Assembly (NCBI GenBank): GCA_965603825.1
Contig: CBFDEM010000010.1
Location: 496,001-560,000, forward strand
Reading direction: 5' to 3'
Length of the DNA stretch: 64,000 bases
Source: Blepharisma stoltei ATCC 30299
Taxonomy: Eukaryota; Protista; Ciliophora
Part shown: one piece after another, positions 25,835-37,123 of the stretch
Numbering within the stretch: the stretch's first letter is position 1
Layout: each line of letters opens with the position of its first letter
Made by a program: the position numbers and the translations under genes
The notes under the pieces: generated by a model
Told to the model about the DNA's origin: nothing
Database searches by the model: none
What the model saw: only the letters and a program-made list of their open reading frames with translations

Positions 25835-28263
25835 TCTTAAAGCGGGGAGTTTTAATTTCTAATAAAACGCAAATCAATAGTTATTTTTATTACTGCTTAT
25901 TAGGATAAGTACTTAAATGTCTAAGATCTCAGTATTATTTATTCTATGCTTACTATTGCACACGAATGTAGGAGGATCTTTACATGCATTTATAAAATAA
26001 TTTTTGCTAGCCTTTGCTCTCAAATATTATTATAAAGCTGGCTATTAATTCATTTAATGATATGTTCAAAAATTATGAGATGAGTCTAAAAAGTAAGTTA
26101 ACCTTCTTTGCATACCCAATAAAATATTTTATATTTAAATAATAAAATTTAAGTCAAGAAAACTAGGCTTAGTATTTTAAAATAATTAATTTAGCCATTA
26201 TATCAAAATGAATGGTGGTCCATTAGTGATTTTTCAAAGATTTTTGCCTCTTTCAGCTTCTTTTCTCTTAAATTAAATGAATAAGCACATTGATAAGTTG
26301 CAATATAAATTGTTTCTTTATAGCAAATGGGGTATCCACAAACGGCTGCACAATCACTAATTAATGAGCATTCTCCAATATTATTTCAAGTCATTAAATC
26401 ATCGTCACTCTCATATATAAATTTCGAAAATTCAAATAAAAATACCTTTTCGCCTATAGCAAAAAATTGTTTATGAACTTTAGGTGCTAACTTTATTGTT
26501 AAAATTTCTGAATAAGAGTCTGTAATAGTATCATAAAAGATAGGATTCTCGCTATCAGATGCTATTAAAATTTTGGTTTTGAATAATGTGCACAAGGCTC
26601 GATTTTCAATAGGAAAAGTATATTTACTAAGTGAAAACCATCTATTTTTATCCATGTCGAATTTTACTGCAACTTCATGAGATCCGCCAAAAATATAGAT
26701 TCTTCCATCAACATAAATTGCTCCTGCATAGTAGCATATACAATAAGGTGCAATATTTCTTGAATTTCCCAATGGGTCAATAATTATTCAAGTATCATTT
26801 CAAGCATAAAACAAGCTACCATGTGGAATTAAGCATCCAAATCCATCACAGTTAAGCTCTTTATTGTAATTATAACTAAATTTTTTTATCTTTAAGTTTT
26901 CCGCATCAAAAATTGCGAATTTGTTTGGAAATCCTCTACATACAAATTTAATTACTCGAGTAATAGGAGAATAGCGCTCACGGTAATCGAAACTGTTTTC
27001 CGATCGCTCTAATTTAAATAATTCAGCTATTTTATGTTCCCCGATACTTTTTATCTCAAGTTTTGGAGACCTGATTTTTTCAGTCACAAGTTTGCAGCCA
27101 GACAGTAATGTTTCGAGAAAAGAGAGTGGCTTTGAATTATCAATTTCTCTTAAAGTGCAAATTTCTGAAATAATTTCGTTTATTTTTTGATCATAAATTT
27201 TAAGCTTTTCTAAAGTATTTTCAGATGCTTTATGGATTTGCTGAACAAGAGAGCGTTCTTCATTGATTATTCTTATTTTGTCAGCTTTTATATCTGATTT
27301 TATTTTAGAATATAGCTGAATAGCAGATAAAACTGTTTCTTGCTTGATGTCTGACGAATTATTTTGAGCTTTTGGCAGTTGAGAATAATCAGATTTATGT
27401 TTCCTAAATAAAAGAATAGGTTTTGCTTCAGACATGCCAAAAAAGATTAAATATTAGTATGTCTTTGATTAAGCTTAAATTAAAATGCAGATAACTAGAA
27501 GTGATAAAGTTTTATTCTTGGATCTAAATAAAAATAAAATTCTTTCCTTATGGATAAGTTTACTTGAAAAAAAAATTTTCGCTTAAATCTAGCATAAATG
27601 CAAAAACACTTCTTTCAGAATTAGCACACTATATTGCTTTCTCCTTCTACATAAAAAATTATTGAAACTTATATTTCGAAAATAGAAGAGAAAATCTGTT
27701 ACACAAATAATGAACAGGCAATTTTAATGATTTTAAAATATAAACATTATTCTTTAAATGGCATAGGCTAAGAATTAAATTAAGCAAGACTTATGTTAAT
27801 TAGATTTTAATTATGTTGCTTTACTATAAAATTAAGACTAAAATAATAATTTTAGTGCCAAAATTAAAATTCTTTAGGGAATTTTAAAGGTTTTTAATTT
27901 GTCTACTGTATTTTCTTTTAAGTTAAATGAATAAGCAAAATGTGAAGTTTCGATATAAATTGATTCTTGATAAAGCACAGGGTAACCAAGTACAGTCTCA
28001 TTATTTGATATTATTCAGCAGTGTCCAATATTATTTCACGTTATTAAGCTATCTTCACTTTCATATATAAATTGCGAAAATTCTATTAAGAATAGTTTTT
28101 CGCTTTTAGAGCAAAACAATTCAGATGTGCCAGAACATAGCTGTATAGATAAAATTTTTGAGTAAAAGTCTGCAATTGTATCATAATAAATAGGAGTAGC
28201 ACTTAAGGACGCTATTAAAATTTTGCCCTTAAATAGACAGCATATAATGCGATTCCCAATAGA
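25835..28263 (+). repeat. Segmental duplication block A
   Basis: Direct, high-identity match to 38627-41001. Confidence 0.88.
26191..27435 (-). CDS. MSEAK-type coiled-coil plus Kelch-like propeller protein (~414 aa, intact)
   Basis: Open with TGA=W; CLIPHGSLFY, AIYVDGRIYIFGG, KFDMDKNRW. Confidence 0.83.
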
Positions 28264-28270
28264 AATTGAG
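27905..28270 (-). pseudogene. 3' fragment of a Kelch-like propeller paralogue (duplicated at ~40700-41000)
   Basis: Reverse strand gives FKGKILIAS, IEFSQFIYESED, FAYSFNLKE. Confidence 0.6.
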
Positions 28271-28804
28271 CATTTACTAACTACGCCTGTCTGCTTATAA
28301 AAAGGTTTATTTTATAGGTTTATAAGGGTTTAGCTGAATTTACCCTTGAAATTCAACAAGAGTTTAAAATAAACAAATTGAATTAGTGGAACTTTTGCTC
28401 CTCCAAAATTAAATTTAGTCTTTGTTGAAATTTTGAGAAGGCTCCCGGCTTTGAGATTAATGTCTCAAGGTAAATACAAATTATCACTATGTCTTAGAAG
28501 TATCAAGTCTATAAATTTTTCGAAGTCTCGATTGTAATTTTCTTTAATGGTGATGTCTGGAATAAAAGAGGTTGGATTAAAAGACTTCAATGAAGCTGCC
28601 ATTCAACTTATTTTCCCCAATTGCAGGGTCATCTTCAAAATTTTCAATGCTTGAGCCTACTCAATCATTTTTCTCAAATTCCAGTAATTTGTTTGTGCTG
28701 CTATATATTCAAAAATGCTTTGCTTTCAATTTTTCACACCTCATTAAAGCTAAGCTCTGCTAAGAAAGAGAAGAGAATATTGCAGCCCTTTATGATGTTA
28801 GTCA

Positions 28805-28944
28805 TATTAGACGCTGCCAGCTTAACTTGAAAGAAAAATCATTATCTTTACTGCCTTATTAAGAGGCTTAAAAAACTTATTTAATGCTCTTGTGCTAGCT
28901 ATATAGCAGATATTTATAAAATTTAGCTTGCATTATAATAATTA
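28805..28944 (+). promoter_or_regulatory. Conserved upstream region of MELMH-family genes
   Basis: The ttagacgctgccag...cactgccttattaagaggc...tatagcagatatttataaaatttagc block precedes the ATG in four copies (24277-, 28945+, 37124+, 59788+); promoter role is inferred. Confidence 0.55.
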
Positions 28945-30687
28945 ATGGAGCTTATGCATTGTTTCGAGCCAGGGTGCAAGAATGAGGTTGAATACTCATG
29001 CCCATGCACCTCTCCTGAAAGTCTATCTTGTGAAGTGCATGTTGGTAAGCATATGAAGATCCCTAACAGAGCTCATGCTTGCAACTCCATTATTGTAGAG
29101 CCATGTCAAGAGACAAAAGAAGAAATTCTTAAGTTTCTTACAAGAGAAAACTCAAAAAATAGCAAGCTAATGGGAAAGATCTTAGCATCCTTTAGCCAGC
29201 GTTTACTTGAATCAGAAAGTGATATTAGAGAACTCTTAAAAAATTTGGATTCAAGCTCAGCTGAAATAAGCAATTATTTTACAAAAATTTCTCAAGCTCA
29301 AAAATTATCAAAATCAGAGCAAGACCCGATTTTAGGACTATTGACTTTACAGCCTGATGAAGCTATTGAGAAATTAAAAAAGATTATTCCAGCCAATCAA
29401 GAATCGTCCAAAAGTGCAAAACTATTTTGTGTGCTCAGTGAAAAAATTGAAAAAATGATTGAGTGTTTTATTGGGGATAAATTTGAAGCTTATTTAGATA
29501 AAAGACTGTCTAATATAGAAAACAGTCTTCAAGAGCACATTAAATCAGCCAATGAAGAGCATAAAAAGATCATTGATTCAACGGATGATCAGCTAGCAAA
29601 CATCAAAGACTCTATTTCTAAGCTGATAAATGAGAATAAAAAAAGCGAGAGAGACCTCAAAGACTGGAAAGAAGAATTAATGCTTAAAACAAAAAACGAA
29701 ATAGATCTGCTTAATTCTCAAATAATTACAATAAATCAAGATCTCAGCAAAATTAATTAAGAATGCTCAAATGCCTCAAGAGCTAAGAGAGAAGAGATCT
29801 GACATTTTAAACAGACCAAATGACCCAGAATTAGAGCAAGACTTTAGGAGAACCTGCTCAAGTCAGTAGCGATCTCTATCTTGATGATCCAACTCTTCAG
29901 CAAGCTTATCAAGATTATACTAATGCTTATCGCCAAAAAACATCTCTTTATACAATTGATAGAGTATAACAACAGAACTAATTTGATTATTTATGATACA
30001 GAAAATGATAGTAAAGAAGTCAGGATAGTAGAGACTCCTGAACCACTGATTATTTCACTTGCATTGCTCAGCTTCCTAATGGTAATTTATTTTGCTTTGG
30101 TAATTGCCCAGATTCTGGGATTTCATTGATAATTGATGAGAATTATAGAGTTCGGGAGCTGCCATCTGGAATTCCTTGCTATGTCATCAGCTATCTATTT
30201 CAATAATAGTGTTTATTGCTTTGGAGGACAAAATAAAATTAGATCCTTTAACTCTATCAGAGAGATTTGATTTAAATGAAAACCGATGAATTAAATTAAA
30301 GCCACTGCCACAAGCTGATTACTGTTGCACTAGTGTAATATTTAACGGGAATATTGTGATTTCTGGTAAAGATAAATAAAAATCTTTTGAGGTATTCAAT
30401 TGGTAGCAACACTTTCGCAACAATTCCTTATGATTTTCAAGCTGAAAAATACAAGATTCTTATAAGTGCAGAGAGACTGTATTTAATTGAATGTCGTTGG
30501 ATCAATCTATGAAAGCGAATTGTCAAATGACACTGCCTGGAGACGAATTGGAGACTCAATAATAAATATCTTTTCTCAAGTTTATTTGTCATATAATAAA
30601 GGAGGAATAAACATTGCACATCTTAATGATACTATTAGTTACTTCAAGTTTAATTTAGAGGCAAAAATATTAATCAAGCTGGATTAA
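28945..30687 (+). pseudogene. MELMH-family Zn-CC-propeller gene, copy 2; TAA at 29758 and frameshifts in the propeller
   Basis: Near-identical to copy 1 outside short patches. Confidence 0.8.
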
Positions 30688-30829
30688 AATAATTTCCTAA
30701 TAAATAGGTCTCATTTAATAATCTTTTGCTATTAACTCTTAAAATTTTTTATTGTTTAATCTAGTATTTAAAGTACTTTTAAATCTAAAGTTTGTGAAAA
30801 ATATCTCGAAAAACTGTTAAAAAGAGAAA

Positions 30830-31740
30830 AAGGGCTGAATTTATAGCTCCTCAATGGTTTTTCTTCAATGGAAAAACTGATGATTTGTCTTTGCTAAGGC
30901 TTCTTGATGAAAACAAAGAAAATTTATCCCCAGAAGATTTTATCTTTCAGAAACTTCTCAATGAAAATGTCTTAATAGAAGCTGAAGAAAGTTTCAAAAC
31001 AATGAAAAAATCTACAAGCCCACAATATCAGACTTCACGGATGAGATCCTCAACACAGTGAGAGTTCCTCTTACCCCGCTTCTTCCAAAAAGCTTAAAGC
31101 AGTTACACCCCCCAAAAGAAATTTCAATAAGAAGTCCCAAAAGCTTCTGTGCTCAGACTCATCTTTTTCAATAAAAAATCTCAAATTTTCAGCAATCATC
31201 TCACAAGAGAAAGTCCATACTCTGCCTTCTTTACATAAACTCAGCACAAATAATAGTAGCACTTGACCGGCATGCATCTCATGAGCGTATAAAATTAGAA
31301 GAAATCGAGAGAAAGCTGCCTCAACATTTAGAATCTGAAGAATGGATCAAGTTTCAAACTATGAGAAGTCAGCTTTGATTCAGCAAAGCAAAAGACTGTA
31401 AAAATGAAAATTCAAAATAACGGCAATTGGGGATGCTCAAGCTTTAACACAGGTCCCAAAGCTTTTTGGAAAGGTTTTATGACAGCCAGAGCTGCTGTAA
31501 GTGTTCATACCCAATCGTTAATCCCTAATTCAATTTTGACTATCATGAAATCTAAAGCATGCAGAAGCTCAATAAATTTCGGAAACGAAATGACAGTAGA
31601 AGAATGCGAAAAAATCTGCAAAGACTTAGAGAACTGAGTTTTTTCTACACATTGCGCACACGGCAGGCCTACAGTTTACCCTTTAATGAAGCTTCCTCCT
31701 TATATCTCTGAGCTCCCATCTATAAACTTTAGTTTGTAAT
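30830..31740 (+). pseudogene. MLH3: MutL-family (MLH3-like) C-terminal fragment, frameshifted
   Basis: LDRHASHERIKLE (degenerate DQHAx2Ex4E), SKACRSSINFG, HCAHGRPT. Confidence 0.8.
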
Positions 31741-31825
31741 AATAACGCATACTTTTAAAAATGCATTCTCATCAGAAAAAAGCACTTCTCAGCTGCTCTG
31801 GGAATAATGCAGCTGCTTTGGATTT

Positions 31826-32323
31826 ATGGGCACCTTTACATATGAGGCAAAAGCACAACTAGTGTCGAAGAAGCCCCTCTATCCCTTACATGTGAATCTG
31901 CAGCATCAGCCAAGGTTAGAACGTTTTACCTCCCAGCTCGGTTTCAGTGACCGTGAAATGACCTACATAGAATTACCTATCCCGCTTAAGCTAAAACACT
32001 ACGTTTACCACATTCTTGCTGATCAAGTCGCCTGTGGGCTCAATTTTACTTGCATTATTGGAAATGAAAAAGTGACTTTTGGCATTTTCAAGACTGATGA
32101 GGAGGAAGAAGAAGGAAAAGAAGAAGCCCAAGAGGAAGCTAAAGACAAAGTAGAAGACCCTTTTGACTATGAAATAGCAGATGATGACTGCAAGCCTACA
32201 AAGGCAGCTCTTGATAATTTGAGATCTCCTAAAACAAGCGTATCTTTAGAAGAAATCATAATTGTTGGAAAGCATCTGAAGTGTGAAATAGCCGGGCATT
32301 TGAGTGAACACAAACATATGTGA
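31826..32323 (+). pseudogene. RCC1-repeat-like fragment
   Basis: QLGF...P...DQVACGLNFTCII followed by an acidic tract; no complete gene evident. Confidence 0.45.
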
Positions 32324-33106
32324 ATGAAAATGATGTGGATATCGGCCCAATCTTTGAGCTTTAGTAGCCGGCGCCTTATTTGGCAGAGGACATTGACAAA
32401 AAATCATGGACCCGGATCGAGGTTTTACTGACGCAGGTTGAGTTGCGATGCTTATCTGATCAGCCAAAGTCTAATCCTGAGGTAAGTTTTTCCTCATGGG
32501 CAAATGGGAAATGAAGTTGGAAGGAGCTATTGCAAAGGTCCTGAGGAGGTTCTTTGGCCAACTGGCCACAGAACAATGCATGGCAACATCTTGTGTTTAA
32601 CTTTTTTATTTTGTAAATAGCTGACAAGAAATGTAACCTTTTGAATTTTCTGTTGAGGCTGCTATGCTGACTCTCTGCAGTAACGCAAACTTTTCTACTT
32701 TTACTTTCATATGCAGGCCCTAATCGGAAGGAGCAACACTGCGCAAAACTGTTTGCAGATGGTGAGCAAAAGGTGGAGCGGTATGAAGTTTCATGCTACA
32801 GTGGGCTACTCTATAATCTTGCGTAATGATCACTGGGTATAATAGTGAATACAAACTTGAAATAATGACGCCTTTTAAGTCGAGCAGGCTAAAAGAAGCA
32901 AGCTTTATTAATATCTTGAAAAATCAGATCAAGACTGTGATTCATAAACCTCTATTGGCATTTTTACTTTGCTCAATTGAATGAAAACTTTCTAAAAAGA
33001 CATAAATTTTATTAACGACGTATTAGGCCGAGACCGTAATGAACTACTCCAAAAAATGCAGATTTTCATAAAATTTGGTAATAATAAGTAGTCATTATAA
33101 TAATTA

Positions 33107-33387
33107 TATATGCATACCCGTGTGCTTCTCCTTTAACTTTATGCTGTGAACTGTACTTCGGGAAGCATTTAAAGCTTCATGATTGGCTCATGCCATTGAA
33201 AGAATTTATTTAGAGCCGGTTAAAGGGACAAAAAAGCAATTCTTAGATGTTTTACAAAAGAGTAGTCAAAACATAGCAAAAGTCCTAGCATCCTTTTGCT
33301 AACGTTTAGTTGAATCAAGAAATGGCTCTGAAGAGCTTTTGGAATCAGTTTCAGATGAGCTAAGCAATTGTTTGACAAAAATTCTCA
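33107..33387 (+). pseudogene. Decayed 5' fragment of an MELMH-family gene
   Basis: YAYPCASPLTLCCELYFGKHLK...EPVKGTK...LASF...LVES. Confidence 0.65.
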
Positions 33388-34776
33388 TACGCCTCCTTTA
33401 AGAGATTGATTTTTTTTCATGGATTTTGTTTATTTCTTGGATATTAACTAAGCCTTCTTGCGTTGCAGAAAAGTTAATTCAGCTTTAGCTTTGAATTTTC
33501 TTAATTTTTCAATATATTCTTAATAATTTATTTCTTTTTCAGTAAATCTTTTCTCTTTCCAATAAATCTTGAGCAAGTCTGGGCGGATCTCGATTCATTA
33601 ATCTCATAAGTGTGAGTTGGGAGTACCTACTATTTAAATGCACTTCTACAAGTATTATCAAGTACTCCAGATTTTGACCAAAAATTACCTTCAAATTTTA
33701 AAAATATTTGCTTCAATGTCAAGAGCTATATCATGAGTCTAACAGAAAGGCAGACTTTCAATTTTTCGCTGAAATAAAAAGCTTCAGCTCTGCTTATTTC
33801 ATGAATTCTGCATGGTAATAAATACATAGTTTAATGATTACTCAGAAAATGACCCAAAAGAGCTTTATTTATCATTAATAAACCTTTTGTCAGATTACAA
33901 GAAAATTATATGCAAACTATGTCACGGTTTTTCGAATCTAGAAGGGCCATCTCTCTTTTGTATTTTGAATAATCTGTTAAAACAAGAAATTGACGAAAAT
34001 TAAAAGCCATGAAGAAGAAAAAGAGTATAAAGGGGGAATTTTGTTGCATTGTGAAACTTTTGGGATAAATATATCAAACATTTTTGTATTTTATATTTGC
34101 GAATATGCTCGGCAAAAAAGCTCAAGAAACTTATAATTTCTTTTATTGTAGTGATAAATTTGAGCTGTATGTAGTAATAAGCTATTATAGTAGTTGGTGT
34201 AAGCATTATTTACATATAGTTATATAATGCAAAGCGAATAAAATATTGACCATATTAGCTGCTCATCACCTGATTTCGAGCATGCCTATATCTTGTTTTA
34301 AAAAATGCTTTTTATGAAGCAATTTTTATCTTTTTAAAAATTTGATGCTTTACCAAGACCCATAAATCATATTTGCATTAACATCGCTGACAAAGAAGAC
34401 AATTGGGGTACCATGGCGCCCAAAAGTCAATTTATTTGCCTCATCAAAGTTTTTTTTAAAGGCATAAAGGTTTCTGAATAAATAATTTTGGGAAGTCTAT
34501 TGCATTTTGTTGCAATTTTTCACTTCATTTTCTCTCTTAATGGAAATAGAGCTATAAAACTCATCAAGTAAGCTTGCACGGATTTCATTAAGGATGCATA
34601 AATTTTATTAAAAATGAGAAGCAACGCAGTCTCTATGCTTACTCTTCAAACTTAAGCTGAGGGCGTTTCGTTTTGGGTAGTGTAAATGCTCTCTGTCAAG
34701 TCTCTGTGAGCATAGACATGTGAATATTTATATCGTATTTTGCTATAAAAAAGTTATCATCTCTACATATAATAAA

Positions 34777-34813
34777 TGCCCGATGATGGCACTCAATGTG
34801 CCATCATCGGGCA
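34777..34813. repeat. Perfect 16-bp GC-rich inverted repeat with 5-nt loop
   Basis: TGCCCGATGATGGCAC-tcaat-GTGCCATCATCGGGCA. Confidence 0.95.
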
Positions 34814-35992
34814 ACCTGTATATGCTCTGGAGTGCTTAGCTGTAAGCTGAGTAAATGCATTTTATGAATTTTCTTATTTTGCCTCGTTCCCCAAACATTA
34901 AAACTTTTTTAGTCGAAACAGAATTTGCTAAAATAATGATTTTCTTTCTAGCTACAACCGCAAGGATAGAGTTGTTTGACAAAGAAACTACAGAGCTGCA
35001 TTTTCATCAAATTCAAGCTTAAACAAAGAGAAAAATCTGATATTGAGACTTTCCCATCAATTATCAAACTTGCAACTCTTTCTTGATGGTAAGAAATTTG
35101 TTTAATTTTGCAAGGCTAAGCTCTTTACAGTCATCTGAGCAAGAAATAAGCAAAGAGCAGTCCTCGGTGACCTTCAAGTCATTTATATATTTAGAATGAT
35201 ATTTCGCATATCAGTTTCGTCTATTCTGTGCCCTATCATAGTGCACTTCCCACCCGAAAATAAAATTTTAGCATGTCTAGGCTTGACTTCTAAGGAGGAT
35301 TTCTCCACAAGCCAGTGCAATACATCTCACACGAGAAGTATGAACTTTAGTCTTTGCAATCGGAGTCTTTAAATAATTTATTTTCCATTGCCGAATCCAA
35401 TGCCCTTTATGCTGTGTGATTCATAATATTCTCCATTATCTTCATAAGAATCATTGAGATCACTGCGTCTTCAATTTGAGTTTCTTCAACCACTCTACTA
35501 GAAGGCAAATCTGCTTTTATTAGCTTCCCACTTCTTATAGCAATTGCAATTTCAGGATTGATGCCATTAGAAAAAGAAATTTATTGACTTGAAGTGTTTT
35601 TATTCCCCTTTCGAGAAGAATTGTGGAGATATGTCTCTTTCATGCAGTCTTTATGGATTTTTTAAAGCTTAATTGTTGCATCTCTGCTTGCAGTAAAAAT
35701 GTAGTTACTGAAAGGGTTTGGAATGATAAACCTCAGACATTGTCATGCACCTTAAATAATGGCTTTATTATTTCAGCTTCGGTTTAGTCATCTATACTGA
35801 CTCATTCATTGTCGTCGCCAGCTATTATATACAAGTTCTTGGTATTTGTATAGGCTAATTTTTTGACTTTATCATGATTGTTATGAAAAATTGCTATATC
35901 CTTTGTGATTTCTAAAGCTGGCGAGCCGACTACAACCCTATCCTCCTTTATTTTGGTTAAGCTGCCTTCTGAGTTCAAATATAGTTATGGCA

Positions 35993-36380
35993 TTAATTCC
36001 AGAAAAAGCAAATTATATAAACATTGGTCTTTGGATCTTGCCTTATCTTCATGAAATCTAATCTCCTGTCAAGCGAGCAAGGCGTTATTTGCTGACTTTG
36101 AATGATAGATGGACTTATAATGCTTGCATTTCTGCCTATTTCTTTGCTTCTTGCAATCTCAGCTGTCCAAAATTGTTCTTCGACAATTGCTATCACATAT
36201 AAAAAATTCTTATCAGTTGTAAAACCCAGATATTTTCCATCTGGGCTGAAAGCACTAGAATTCAAGAGCTCACCTATAATGAATTTTAAGTCCAGATGCT
36301 TTAGATGTCATTTGACACGTCTTTCTTCTCTAGGTTCTCTTGCTATCCTGCATGATCTACATCATCATAAAAACTTGTAG
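35993..36380 (-). pseudogene. WD40-like fragment
   Basis: SSAFSPDGKYLGFTTDKNFLYV. Confidence 0.4.
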
Positions 36381-36560
36381 CGAGTAGTGGAGCTGTTAGA
36401 GATATTTTATTATGAAATTGTATAAATCCATAACTTCTACCTATAATAATTATTATCTAATTATTGGCTATTTCTATGATTGCTTATTATATAAAGTTCA
36501 ACAGGAATTTAAAATAAACAAATTGAATTAGTGGAACTTGTGCTACATCAAAAATTAAAT

Positions 36561-36923
36561 TTAACCTTTGTAGCTAATATAGAAGGTAGCTTTCTGGAGT
36601 CGAAATTTTGAGAAGGTTTCGGCTTTGAGATAAATGTCTCTCATATAAGGCCAAAAAAAATTATCACTAATTCTTAGAAGCTTCAAGTCTATAAATTTTT
36701 GGAAGTCTCGACTGTAATTTTCTTTAATGGTGATGTCTGGAATAAAAGAGGTTGGATTAAAAGACTTCAATGAAGCTGCCATTCAAATTGTTTTCACAAT
36801 GACAGGGTCATCTTCAAAATTTTCAATGCTTGAGCCTAGACAGTCATTTTTCTCAAACTCCAGTAATTTGTTTGTGCAGCTATTTATCCAAAAATGCTTT
36901 GCTTTCAATTTTTCACATGTCAT
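36561..36923 (-). CDS. Short hypothetical ORF divergent from the MELMH gene (degenerate copy at ~28400-28745)
   Basis: ATG at 36923, open for 120 codons with TGA=W; no recognisable motif. Confidence 0.3.
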
Positions 36924-37123
36924 TAAAGCTAAGCTCTGTTAAGAAAGAGAAGAGAATATTGCATCCCTTTATGATGGTAGTCACATTAGACGCTGCCAGT
37001 TTAACTTGAAAGAAAAATCATTATCTTCACTGCCTTATTAAGAGGCTTAAAAAACTTATTTAATGCTCTTGTGTTAACTATATAGCAGATATTTATAAAA
37101 TTTAGCTTTCATTATAATAATTA

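Larger units (their letters stand above)
28352..30763 (+). repeat. Segmental duplication block B
   Basis: Direct match to 36497-38590, which carries an internal deletion. Confidence 0.88.

Noticed and set aside
18949-29030. CCCTAACA heterotrich telomere-like units
   Set aside because: Single copies inside coding sequence; no tandem arrays.
29860-30640. Diversity-generating retroelement as the cause of the variable patches (NNY-like codon pattern)
   Set aside because: No reverse transcriptase or adenine-rich template repeat in the window, and the patches include indels and length changes. It cannot be excluded in trans, but is unsupported here.
33540-33960. Possible decayed kinase on the minus strand
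   Set aside because: Only scattered partial motifs across frames; too weak to call.
34777-34830. Helitron 3' end (hairpin followed by CTGG)
   Set aside because: CTGG is not followed by T, and there is no Rep/helicase or second copy in the window.
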